Shown: piece by piece, positions 18,129 through 27,559 of the stretch
Numbering within the stretch: position 1 is the first letter of the stretch
Layout: each line of letters begins with the position of its first letter
NCBI GenBank assembly: GCA_019058425.1
Contig: JAHPYZ010000002.1
Coordinates: forward strand, 27,880 to 91,879
Direction: 5' to 3'
DNA: 64,000 bases
Source: Promethearchaeota archaeon
GTDB taxonomy: Archaea; Asgardarchaeota; Lokiarchaeia; Sigyniarchaeales; SOKP01
The notes under the pieces: generated by a model
The model's database searches: none
The model's input: only the letters and a program-made list of their open reading frames with translations
Told to the model about the DNA's origin: nothing
Position numbers and translations under genes: made by a program

Positions 18129-19068
18129 CTCTTAAAATATTATGTGAATTATTTCTATCTACAGAGTTCCACCCATAATTTATGTCTGGTTCGTAAATTT
18201 TAAAAAGAATCTCTTTCAATAATGGATCTGTATATGTTAAGATTAATTTTGGATCTTCTGTAATAATTTGTATTGTAATACTTAATCGATTCAAGATCCC
18301 ACTCACTGTATTATTAGCATAGAAATAAGGTTTTGTTCCAAATATGGGTTCATACTTTTTAAAAATAGGTTCTAATAATTCTTCAAGTTTCTCTGGATCT
18401 ACTGATGCTAAAAGTTCTACTACTTTAATATATCGTGTAACTTTTTTTTCACGAAATATTAATTTACTAAATTTTTTAACTACCATTGAAAAATCTATTT
18501 TTTTATCTTTTTTAATAGGTTTGTGAGTAAACCGAACCACCGAAGAGTTAAAAGCAGTTTTATTGGGGATATAAGTAATTGACCCGTCAAAATCTTCTAG
18601 TCTTAAATTATTTAATGTAATTTCTTTAATAATACCAACAATTCCATTTGTTTCAATTAAATCACCCACTTCAAAACCTTCTGATGATAATAGCATTATC
18701 CCTGAGGCAATGTTATTGATAATACTTTGAAATGTTAAAGAGATTGCTACCACTAAAAATGAGATTATTGCCACAAAATAAATCGGTGAGGCTATAGAAA
18801 TGAACAAAAATGGAAATACTAACCATGTAATATTTATTATTATCATTAATATATACCGAATAAACAAATTTTTGATCAGACTCTGAAATAAATCAATTAA
18901 AATTGATCTTACAAAATAAGCGACAATATTCAGGATTAATAAATTCAATAATAATTTGTCAAAACCAAAATAATCAAATAATAGTTGCTCAAGACCATAA
19001 AAATAATAAATTAAGATAAAAATTCCTATAAATGATATCCAGATAATTATTTTATAAAGCTTTTTCAA
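18121..19068 (-). CDS. MscS-family mechanosensitive channel (tandem paralog)
   Basis: 315 aa with VGDLIETNGIVGIIKEITLNNLRLEDFDGSITYIPN. It overlaps the downstream paralog by 8 nt. Confidence 0.7.
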   Translation of the reverse strand: MKKLYKIIIWISFIGIFILIYYFYGLEQLLFDYFGFDKLLLNLLILNIVAYFVRSILIDLFQSLIKNLFIRYILMIIINITWLVFPFLFISIASPIYFVAIISFLVVAISLTFQSIINNIASGIMLLSSEGFEVGDLIETNGIVGIIKEITLNNLRLEDFDGSITYIPNKTAFNSSVVRFTHKPIKKDKKIDFSMVVKKFSKLIFREKKVTRYIKVVELLASVDPEKLEELLEPIFKKYEPIFGTKPYFYANNTVSGILNRLSITIQIITEDPKLILTYTDPLLKEILFKIYEPDINYGWNSVDRNNSHNILRGD

Positions 19069-19210
19069 AGGAAGTCACGTAATTATTTTAGTTGTTTTTT
19101 TGCGATTATATAACTCTTAGTTAAAAAAGATATAAAAAAACTTTTATTTTAAAAGATAGTTAATAAATTAATTGTCCAAAATAACCTATAGCGTATTTAA
19201 GTGAGATGAA

Positions 19211-20299
19211 TTGAGAAGATTTTCAAAACCTCTAAAAGATGTAATTTCTTCAAGTAAAAAGAAGAAAAAAATTGGTCTTCCTCCAGGAACTTTAGTTTAT
19301 ACAGGAGATAAAATTAAAGAAAAAACTAAAATTAAAGTTACAGATTATACTGAAGATCAATTCGATTTCAAGGAATTTGAAGATCTTCAGATTGATCTAA
19401 CAAAATTTGAAGAACCTTTAATTAAATGGATTGATATATATGGTCTTGCAAAAATAGATATTATTGAAGAAATTGGGCGTCAATTTGATTTACATCCTCT
19501 GGTTTTAGAAGATATATTAAGTCCAAATCAACGTCCTAAAATGGAAGATTATGGGCGTTATATTTTTGTTGTATTGAAAAAGTTAAGTTGGAATGTAGAT
19601 CAAGAGGATTTTGAATATGAACAAATTAGTTTAATATTGGGGGAAAGTTACGTAATATCATTCCAAGAAAGGGATACTAACCTTTTTAATCCTATTTACG
19701 AGCGGATTCAAATTCCAAAAGGAAAAGTTCGAGTAATGGGGGCAGATTACCTATTTTATGTTTTAATTGACATAATAATTGATGATTATTTTATTGTATT
19801 AGAAAAAGTAGGTGAGGACATAGAAAATATTGAAGACATTTTAATAAAGAATCCTGATCCAGAAACATTACAAAATATTTATCGATTGAAAAGATCTTCC
19901 ATTGAGTTGAGAAAATCAATATGGCCTATTAGAGAAATAATCAATAAATTACAACGTGAACAATCAAATCTAATTGGTGATGAATTACAGATCTATCTAA
20001 GAGATATATATGAACACATTTTTAGAATAAGTGATCTGTTAGAAAATTATCGGGATATAATTTTTGGAATGTTGGATATGTATCTATCAAGTGTGAGCAA
20101 TAGAATGAATGATATTATGAAAGTATTAACTATTATCTCTACGATTTTTATACCTCTTTCATTTATAGCAGGATTTTATGGGATGAATTTTATCTTTTAC
20201 CAAAATTATCAATACAACCTGCTTTTTTTGGTTATAATAGTAATGATAATTATTGCAGTAACTATGTTACTATTTTTTAAAAAGAAGAAATGGATCTGA
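19211..20299 (+). CDS. corA: CorA-type Mg2+/Co2+ transporter
   Basis: 362 aa with a TTG start and the C-terminal YGMNF motif between two TM helices. Confidence 0.85.
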   Translation: MRRFSKPLKDVISSSKKKKKIGLPPGTLVYTGDKIKEKTKIKVTDYTEDQFDFKEFEDLQIDLTKFEEPLIKWIDIYGLAKIDIIEEIGRQFDLHPLVLEDILSPNQRPKMEDYGRYIFVVLKKLSWNVDQEDFEYEQISLILGESYVISFQERDTNLFNPIYERIQIPKGKVRVMGADYLFYVLIDIIIDDYFIVLEKVGEDIENIEDILIKNPDPETLQNIYRLKRSSIELRKSIWPIREIINKLQREQSNLIGDELQIYLRDIYEHIFRISDLLENYRDIIFGMLDMYLSSVSNRMNDIMKVLTIISTIFIPLSFIAGFYGMNFIFYQNYQYNLLFLVIIVMIIIAVTMLLFFKKKKWI

Positions 20300-20341
20300 A
20301 AATTCAAATCTCTTTATTATCTCAATTTCAAGTTTTAAAAT

Positions 20342-21010
20342 TTAATGGGCAAGAATAACTCCCGGATGTCTAATTTTTTCTCTTTCAGCAAATTTCAAAG
20401 AGAGTTCCTTCTTCAAATCAGCCAATTTATTTTCTTTTTTTCTGACGTCTTTTTCTTTATCAAGTACATCATTTTTCCGTTTTAATAATTTTTTTTTTTG
20501 ATTCTCTAGATTATTTTTCGCATTCATTATTTTATTTTCAGGTGCTTGTGCTCGTGCAACCTTCAAGTATTTGCTTTGAATATTAGCTAATTTTACTCGT
20601 ACTTTTGCAACATCTATTCTTTCTTTAGCTAATTTCAATTTTTGTTCAGCAATTTGTTTTTCTGCCAAGGCAATTTTTTTATTTACCTCAGCTATTTCCT
20701 TCTGATTTTTTGAAATCTGCTCATTATATACAGCATAATTATTTTCAATTTTTAATTCATCATCAGAAAAATCTAAGATATGATTTTTCTTTATTTCTGT
20801 CTTTTCTTTGGCTAGGAGTTTTCTTTTAATTGCTAAATCCTTTTTTATTTCAGCGAGGTCATACTCAATTTTTTGCAAGGTCTCTCTGGCTTTTGCTTTT
20901 TTAATTTCAATTAATGCATTACTTTTCAATTTTTCAGCTAATTCTTTCTCAGATTGAGCAATTTTAAGATTATTTTCTGCTTCTTTTTCGATTTGTTTTA
21001 AATTTTCCAT
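20342..21010 (-). CDS. Coiled-coil protein, unknown function (paralog of 22024-22668)
   Basis: 222 aa, K/E-rich heptad-like sequence. Blocks shared with the paralog: KAKARE(T/M)L, A(V/I)YNE(Q/K)I, NKLADLKK(E/D)LS.K.AEREKIR.P. Confidence 0.5.
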   Translation of the reverse strand: MENLKQIEKEAENNLKIAQSEKELAEKLKSNALIEIKKAKARETLQKIEYDLAEIKKDLAIKRKLLAKEKTEIKKNHILDFSDDELKIENNYAVYNEQISKNQKEIAEVNKKIALAEKQIAEQKLKLAKERIDVAKVRVKLANIQSKYLKVARAQAPENKIMNAKNNLENQKKKLLKRKNDVLDKEKDVRKKENKLADLKKELSLKFAEREKIRHPGVILAH

Positions 21011-21022
21011 TTCTTTTTCCTT

Positions 21023-21598
21023 TCATGCCGATTTAATTTTAAATTCAAGATGTATTAGATTAGAAGTTTTTTCTTCAAAATTGGTAGTAAAATCCAATTC
21101 AAAATATTCAGATATTAGATATTTATAAAATTTTGTGAAAAAATTTGAATAAACCTCATCCATATCATGTAAACCTCTAAATGTGAAAGCATTATCTCGA
21201 TTCTGAATGTCAAGAGTATTAAACCATTTTAATCCATTTTTACCAAAAAAATTAATTAAAAAACTTGTATATGACTTTAAAGTATCTTCATTCATAGGTT
21301 TTGCTGTTGAGAATTTCATAATATCTGAGAACAAATCACCAAAATCTTTAGCGATGATCTCAAGAGATTGGTTATCCAATTTAGAAAGAATTTTCGAAAA
21401 AATAGATTTAGATATCATAATCATTTCATTAGTTTGATTGAATAATTCTAAATTGAGCCATTGTTCAATGGCATCTTTGGCAACCAATCCACGTGTCTTA
21501 TTTTCTTGTTTCGCAATTAGTTCTAATTTATTCATTATTTCTTCTGAAAGCCTGAATCCAAGAAAATTACTTTTTTTTTTAAGAGGTTTTTTTGACAT
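21023..21598 (-). CDS. Ribbon-helix-helix (CopG-like) domain protein with unknown C-terminal domain
   Basis: 191 aa. FLGFRLSEEIMNKLELIAKQENKTRGLVAKDAIEQWL fits a beta-alpha-alpha RHH. It ends 12 nt upstream of the coiled-coil gene. Confidence 0.5.
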   Translation of the reverse strand: MSKKPLKKKSNFLGFRLSEEIMNKLELIAKQENKTRGLVAKDAIEQWLNLELFNQTNEMIMISKSIFSKILSKLDNQSLEIIAKDFGDLFSDIMKFSTAKPMNEDTLKSYTSFLINFFGKNGLKWFNTLDIQNRDNAFTFRGLHDMDEVYSNFFTKFYKYLISEYFELDFTTNFEEKTSNLIHLEFKIKSA

Positions 21599-21774
21599 GC
21601 TTTTATTCTAATTATTACTCCTTATAGATTCCTTTTTATAAATAATTAGATGATATCAAAGTATATAAAGTTGTCGATCGTGGGATCTGTTTTCAAATGA
21701 AAACATTTAAATACTATGTAGACTTTAAAAATTCTCAAATAGTCTAATAAAAAATAAGAGGAAAATCAGATAAA

Positions 21775-21936
21775 ATGAATGTAGATACAAAAGAAAAAAA
21801 GAAGAAATATAATTACGAAAATGATGAATATGATGATGAAAATGATGGTGATTACGAAAGTGATGATGATGATTGGGACAATGAAAACGACGATGATGGA
21901 GAATATATAGATGATGATGACACTATCTACAGTTAA
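21775..21936 (+). CDS. Possible hyper-acidic micro-protein (53 aa)
   Basis: ATG...TAA ORF reading MNVDTKEKKKKYNYENDEYDDENDGDYESDDDDWDNENDDDGEYIDDDDTIYS. It is absent from the ORF track (under 60 aa). The GAGG motif is about 16 nt upstream, so the RBS is weak. It could instead be non-coding GAT-rich low complexity. Confidence 0.3.
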   Translation: MNVDTKEKKKKYNYENDEYDDENDGDYESDDDDWDNENDDDGEYIDDDDTIYS

Positions 21937-22023
21937 TAATAGTTAAAATAAAAAAAAAAATTATTTTAAAGCAAATTAAAATCAATATTGAATATACAAA
22001 TATAACTAAAGTTGGTGATTAAT

Positions 22024-22668
22024 ATGGAAGAAGCGAAAAATGTTGAAAAATTGGCTCAAGAAAATACCGAAATAGCTAAGAATGAAAGAAATACAGCAAA
22101 TGAAATGAAAGCTTTAGCAAAACAAGCATTAAAAAGAGCTAAAGCCAGAGAGATGTTAGTAAAAAACGAAATAGAGTTAACAAAAATAAGAGAACGATTA
22201 GCAGAGAAGAGCAAGAAACTAGTTGAAAGAAAGGAAAAAGTAAAAAGCCTTTTAAAATTTAGTGAGGATCTTATAAAAACAGAAAAAAATCAAGCGATTT
22301 ACAATGAAAAAATTGCAGAAATTCAAACAGCAGTAGCTGAAATTCAACGAAAGATCGCGAATGTTGAGACTGAAATTGTTGAAATAAAAGTGAAACTTGC
22401 GAATAAAAAACTTAGTGAAGCTAAAGAAAGAGGAAATCTTGGTAAAAAGCAATTTGCTTATGTAAAGTTAGTAAATGCTAATGCTCTCCCTGAAAAAACC
22501 GCAAAAGCAGAAGAAGCCTATCTCAAAATTCAGAAAGATCTAACTAAGCTTGAAACAGATGTAATGGATATAAACAAAGGAATAATCAGTAAACAGAATA
22601 AATTAGCTGATCTTAAAAAAGATCTTTCTGAAAAATTAGCAGAACGAGAAAAAATCAGACCTCTTTAA
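22024..22668 (+). CDS. Coiled-coil protein, unknown function (paralog of 20342-21010)
   Basis: The track ORF begins at TTG 22012. ATG 22024 (MEEAKN...) has GGTGA 6 nt upstream and aligns with the paralog N-terminus. Confidence 0.5.
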   Translation: MEEAKNVEKLAQENTEIAKNERNTANEMKALAKQALKRAKAREMLVKNEIELTKIRERLAEKSKKLVERKEKVKSLLKFSEDLIKTEKNQAIYNEKIAEIQTAVAEIQRKIANVETEIVEIKVKLANKKLSEAKERGNLGKKQFAYVKLVNANALPEKTAKAEEAYLKIQKDLTKLETDVMDINKGIISKQNKLADLKKDLSEKLAEREKIRPL

Positions 22669-22745
22669 TTGAGCACTTAAAAAATCCATTAAATTTTTTT
22701 TTTTAATTTTTACTATATCAAAAAACAAATTAGAAATGGTTTATA

Positions 22746-22937
22746 ATGGCAAATTATTTAATATTGTTATTTATGTTTTCACTTGGATTAATAATTATAT
22801 CCTCCATAGTAATGATTTATATACTTATCAAACACTTGAAAGAAGATACAAATGCTTATTTATTTATTCTTGCTTTATTAGGGATCGTGTTAAGTTTGCT
22901 AATATCAACAACGCTAGGGATAATTAAAGATATATGA
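22746..22937 (+). CDS. Small two-TM membrane protein
   Basis: 63 aa with two hydrophobic helices separated by KHLKEDTN. Preferred over the overlapping 22736 frame, which looks non-protein-like. Confidence 0.35.
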   Translation: MANYLILLFMFSLGLIIISSIVMIYILIKHLKEDTNAYLFILALLGIVLSLLISTTLGIIKDI

Positions 22938-22954
22938 TTATAAAATTGAATAAC

Positions 22955-23536
22955 TCAATGACTTTCTTTATGACTTTTCTCTATTTTTTTTTTTAATCCT
23001 TCAAGTTCTATTTGATGATTTTCTATATCATTATTTAATTTTTTATATTCAACCTCCAAATCCTCTAATTCTTTAGAAATCTCCTTTTTAAATCCTTCAG
23101 CTGTTCCGTCCTCTATGTCTTTTAACTCCATAGTTAATTTTTCAATTGAATTTTTTTTCTCATTAAGTAATTCTTTTAATCGTTTGAGTTCTTCTTCTTT
23201 TGTTATTATTTCTTGAATTATCAATTCTCTTTCATCCATATCTATTAATTCTTCAATTCTAGTTAAGTACCTTTTAATAGCAGTTAACTTAAGTTCTTTC
23301 TCTTCTTCTCTCTTGAAAAAAAAGGCGATGTTACTATCCTCACCTAATTTCAAAATAATAATAGACATATCATCAGTTTCAAAAATTAATTTTTTGTAAT
23401 CTTCAATATTATAATTACAGATATTATAAAGTTTTTTTACGTGATTCAAGATTTTTGCTAAATTTTCACCTAGTTTTGGTATATTAATATCTTGTTCAAA
23501 TGTAGTTTGATAAATTGTACCATTATTGTAGAACAT
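22955..23536 (-). CDS. Coiled-coil protein; N-terminal half possibly Roadblock/LC7-like
   Basis: 193 aa. KKLIFETDDMSIIILKLGEDSNIAFFF resembles the Roadblock/MglB core strands (weak). The C-terminal 90 aa are E/K-rich coiled coil. Confidence 0.3.
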   Translation of the reverse strand: MFYNNGTIYQTTFEQDINIPKLGENLAKILNHVKKLYNICNYNIEDYKKLIFETDDMSIIILKLGEDSNIAFFFKREEEKELKLTAIKRYLTRIEELIDMDERELIIQEIITKEEELKRLKELLNEKKNSIEKLTMELKDIEDGTAEGFKKEISKELEDLEVEYKKLNNDIENHQIELEGLKKKIEKSHKESH

Positions 23537-23603
23537 GGCAACATGTTTTACTTCTGGTAAAGCTGTTTTTATTCGTAGAATATTTTTAAATACTATTTTA
23601 TAA

Positions 23604-25049
23604 TCACCTTATAATGATTTCTCTTACTTTATTTGTAAAAATAGATATATGTAACTTAATGGTTTGGGGACCATATTTATTCAAACAAAAGATTACTACT
23701 AAAATTAAACCCACAATCCCTAAAATAATAATCCCTATTTGGAAATAAAATACTAAACAATAATAGAGTGAAAGAATTATTAATTGATAGTTAGTCGTAA
23801 TAAATCCTAATTTAAAAAAGGATTTAAAAGTTATTGGCCGTTTATTTTGTTCAGCAATATTCATTACAAGAATATTATCCCCTAAAGGTGTTAAATTATC
23901 TCCCCAATTTGATCCAAATGCAAGACTGTAAAATATTTGCTTTCTATTAATTAAGGATGCAGTTTCTGTCATAGTATCGGCAACCGGGATTAATACTTTA
24001 GTAATAGGTATGTTATCAATACAACTACTTAAGTATGCTGAAAACCATAGAATTAAAAGAAGTTGTAAAAAGAGATTACTCCCACCAAGATTTAATATAG
24101 AAAGTCCAATAACTTCAGTTGCTCCTGTAATTTCCAATCCTCCAACTATAATAAAAATACCTAGTAAATAAAAGATCAACTCAAAATCTATTTTATTTAT
24201 AATTTCTTTTGGTTCTAACTTCGTGATAATGATTAATATTATAGCAGTAGTTAATGCAATGATATCTGGAGATAGAATTGAAGATGGAATAGTTGTGAGT
24301 AATGTGAATAATATAATTAAAGAAAATAATGATTGATATAATAGTCTTTTATTTTGAACAACATTCCATATATCAAACTCTTTTAATGCTTTTTGACCTT
24401 CTTCTGGAATTGATAGTTCTTTTTTATAGATAACAATGAAAAAAAATAGAGTAAATATGAAAATTATTAAGGAAATCAAACCCACGTTGATAAAAAATTC
24501 AATAAATTCTATCCTTACATACGAAGTGATCAAGATATTTGGAATTGATGAAATTGAAAAAACTGTGCCACCAGCATTTACTAATATTGCTTGCGTAAGG
24601 ATATACGGAGAAGGATTAATATTTAAAATTCTTGAAACTGTAATAGTAAGTGGTATAATAATAATAACTGTTAAAATGTTGTTTAATATTGCCGATAAAA
24701 GTACGGTTACACAACAAAATATAACCATTAAACGAACAGGTTTACCTTTTGAGAGTTTAATAAGCTTTCCTGCAACAAATTGAAAAGTCCCTACCTCATG
24801 TGAGATTTGTACGATCATCATCATCCCAATAATTAAAATTAGGGAATGCAAATTCACAAAACCTTCATCACTTGAACCAAATAATAGATCGACAATTACT
24901 GAAAAATCTAAATTCTCAATAAATATTAAAACGAAATAAGTTAAAATAGCCCCTAATAATGACACAACGGCTCTATTCATCTTTTCAGTAATAATAAAAA
25001 ATATTACTCCGATAAAAGTTGAAAGTATGATAAATATGCTTAAGAGCAT
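23604..25049 (-). CDS. ArsB/NhaD-superfamily (CitMHS-like) anion permease
   Basis: 481 aa with about 11-12 TM helices. AFGSNWGDNLTPLGDNILVMNI resembles the conserved ArsB/NhaD hairpin motif. Confidence 0.6.
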   Translation of the reverse strand: MLLSIFIILSTFIGVIFFIITEKMNRAVVSLLGAILTYFVLIFIENLDFSVIVDLLFGSSDEGFVNLHSLILIIGMMMIVQISHEVGTFQFVAGKLIKLSKGKPVRLMVIFCCVTVLLSAILNNILTVIIIIPLTITVSRILNINPSPYILTQAILVNAGGTVFSISSIPNILITSYVRIEFIEFFINVGLISLIIFIFTLFFFIVIYKKELSIPEEGQKALKEFDIWNVVQNKRLLYQSLFSLIILFTLLTTIPSSILSPDIIALTTAIILIIITKLEPKEIINKIDFELIFYLLGIFIIVGGLEITGATEVIGLSILNLGGSNLFLQLLLILWFSAYLSSCIDNIPITKVLIPVADTMTETASLINRKQIFYSLAFGSNWGDNLTPLGDNILVMNIAEQNKRPITFKSFFKLGFITTNYQLIILSLYYCLVFYFQIGIIILGIVGLILVVIFCLNKYGPQTIKLHISIFTNKVREIIIR

Positions 25050-25294
25050 TTTTCCTTTGAACTTACCTTAAATCTGCTTTTGTTTTAAGAATTATAATTG
25101 AAGAAAAATTTATAGTCATAAAAAAATTTACCTCTAATTCGAATTAAGTATAATGGAATCTAATTTTCAATAATTTTTTTCTAATAATTATTATATTCCT
25201 AAATCTCCAAATTAATAGAGAGAAGATTTTTAAAAAATTCAATATTTACAAATACAAATTATTGTTAATAACAAAAAACTTAAGATGACTTAAT

Positions 25295-26179
25295 ATGGCT
25301 AAAGCAGAAGAATATAAAATGTTTCAAGGATGTGTTATAGGCAACAGAATTCCTTTTATTGAAGCGTCTGCAAGAAAAGTGTTTGAGAAACTTGGAATTA
25401 ATACTTCTGATGCTGCATTTGCTTGCTGTCCAGATCCAGTTGGATTCAATAGCACTGATCATTTAAGCTGGATGGCTATGGGTGCAAGAAATCTTACTCT
25501 CGCTGAAGATGAAGGAAAAGATATCATTTCTTTATGTAATGGATGTTTTCAAACATTAAAACTAGTTAATGAAGAATTAAAGCATGACGATCATGAAAAA
25601 GAACAGATAAATACCATCCTAAAATCAGTTGGGAAAGAATTTAAAGGCACAATTAATGTGAAACATTTTGTAGAAGTATTACATGAGTATGTAGATAATA
25701 TAAAGGAGAATATAACGAAGGAACTTGAGGGGTTAAAAGTTGCGTGCCACACTGGTTGTCATTATAATAGACCATCAGAAAAAGTACAAACTGACGATCC
25801 TATGAATCCTGTGAAATTGAGGGAAATCGTTGCTGCCGCAGGAGTAACCCCAGTTGATTATGAAGAAGAAATGTTATGTTGTGGTACAGGAACAGGAAAT
25901 ACAGAAGAAGAACCTGCAATGCAAATATTATCAAATAAACTAACAAGTGCGAAGAATGCTGGAGCGGAAGTTATAATTGTAAATTGTCCTGCATGTTTCC
26001 AACAATTTGATAACAATCAGAAAAAAGCGGGAGAAATTGGGGGTCAAGCTTTTGATATTCCAGTCTTATATGTAACTGAATTACTAGCTCTTGTTTTTGG
26101 TGAAAATCATGATGATCTTGGATTGAAGTTCCATCGAACCAGATTAACAAAGTTTTTAGAAAAATATGGTTTAAAATGA
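25295..26179 (+). CDS. hdrB: Heterodisulfide reductase subunit B-like (two CCG domains)
   Basis: 294 aa. MFQGCVIGNRIPFIE..., ACCPDPVG, ARNLTLAEDEGKDIISLCNGCFQTL and MLCCGTGTG match the duplicated CCG-domain pattern of HdrB. Confidence 0.8.
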   Translation: MAKAEEYKMFQGCVIGNRIPFIEASARKVFEKLGINTSDAAFACCPDPVGFNSTDHLSWMAMGARNLTLAEDEGKDIISLCNGCFQTLKLVNEELKHDDHEKEQINTILKSVGKEFKGTINVKHFVEVLHEYVDNIKENITKELEGLKVACHTGCHYNRPSEKVQTDDPMNPVKLREIVAAAGVTPVDYEEEMLCCGTGTGNTEEEPAMQILSNKLTSAKNAGAEVIIVNCPACFQQFDNNQKKAGEIGGQAFDIPVLYVTELLALVFGENHDDLGLKFHRTRLTKFLEKYGLK

Positions 26180-26273
26180 TATATAAAAAAACTTCTTAAT
26201 TTTATTATAAACTCTTTTTAATTATTCCTTACATTTAAGGTTTCAAGTGAATGAATTCTTTTAATTAGGGCTT

Positions 26274-27443
26274 TTAATCAGTGGAAATATATGAAATGAC
26301 TTCAGAAATTATATTATCTGGCATATTTTCTAGAAAACCCTGAGAAGATTTAGAATTTCCACCTCCTTTTCCACCATACTTTTGAATTAAAATCTGCATT
26401 AATTTATTAGAATCAATAGTTTCACTGAGTGAGAGTAATCTTAATTTAACTCCTTCAAATTTAACAAGAATTAATGAATTTAAGGGAAAATTCTCCAAAG
26501 ACTTATTCAATAATTTTATATCTACGTTGAAATCAATATAAAAGAGTGGTATATTCCCGATAATTTTAATTGGGGTTTTAGATATTAATTCTAAAAACTT
26601 AATAGATAAGACTTTTTGTTGGTCCTGGATAGTATCAAGAAGTTCCAAACGCTTTTTTATGAGGTTAACAGTATTTTCTAAAGGGGAATTTAGTCTATTG
26701 GCAAGATATATTATATCTACATTGTCGTTTGAACTCATTAGTAATGATTTATCTCCAATAAAATATCTAATCTTATTTCCTTTTTTGAAATCATAAATGT
26801 AAATCTTTCCTATTTCCGTGGTATTCTTAATATGAGTTCCTCCACAACATACTAAATCTAAATCTTCTATTTCCATTAATCTTATGTTAGATTCATCTGG
26901 GATTGCGCTTCTTATTTTCTCAGAACATTTCCTTGCATCTTTATTTGACATTACATTTGATTTGACCTTTAAATTATTCGAAGAGCAAATTTTATTTACT
27001 TCAATTAAGACTTCTTTTAATTGATTATATTCTATTTTTTGAGATATACTGAGAAATACTTCTTCAAAAGCAAGATTAGCTCGAACGGTTTTAATATTGA
27101 ACTTATTTTTAAAAACTGCTGAAAAAATATGTTGAGAAGTGTGAGCTTTCATAATTCCATAGCGATAATCCCAATCAATTTGTCCCTTAACGTTGTCTCC
27201 TATATTAACTTGATTTTTAAAATCAGAGGTAATATGATGCAATATCTCTTCTCCATCTTTAATCACTTTTTCAATTTTAAGTTTGGTATTTTCTATAACT
27301 AATTCTCCTCGATCACTTGCTTGGTTTCCACTTTCGGGATAAAATAAAGTTTTATCAAGAACAATCCCCTCCTCTCTAATCTCTGTTATTTTAGCAGTGA
27401 ACTTAATATCATAAGCATTTTCCCAATATAATTTTTCAGTCAT
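26274..27443 (-). CDS. alaX: AlaX-L type alanyl-tRNA editing protein (editing domain + DHHA1-like C-terminus)
   Basis: HTSQH...CCGGTH zinc/editing motifs and a C-terminal GGKGGGNSKSSQG. The track ORF starts at TTG 27467, but ATG 27443 (MTEKLYWEN) has AAGGTG 7 nt upstream. Confidence 0.8.
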   Translation of the reverse strand: MTEKLYWENAYDIKFTAKITEIREEGIVLDKTLFYPESGNQASDRGELVIENTKLKIEKVIKDGEEILHHITSDFKNQVNIGDNVKGQIDWDYRYGIMKAHTSQHIFSAVFKNKFNIKTVRANLAFEEVFLSISQKIEYNQLKEVLIEVNKICSSNNLKVKSNVMSNKDARKCSEKIRSAIPDESNIRLMEIEDLDLVCCGGTHIKNTTEIGKIYIYDFKKGNKIRYFIGDKSLLMSSNDNVDIIYLANRLNSPLENTVNLIKKRLELLDTIQDQQKVLSIKFLELISKTPIKIIGNIPLFYIDFNVDIKLLNKSLENFPLNSLILVKFEGVKLRLLSLSETIDSNKLMQILIQKYGGKGGGNSKSSQGFLENMPDNIISEVISYISTD

Positions 27444-27559
27444 AAAATACACCTTTTTTGGCAACACTCTCTTTTTAGATAAAATTAATATGAGATTATA
27501 TCAATTAATTATCAAACTTATTTTAAATTGTATAAACTTTCATTATTTCTATTCCTTAT

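Noticed and set aside
22736-22927. 63-aa ORF overlapping 22746-22937 in another frame
   Set aside because: The 22746 frame gives a clean two-TM micro-protein. The 22736 frame gives a Tyr/Asn/Cys-rich sequence that does not look like a protein.
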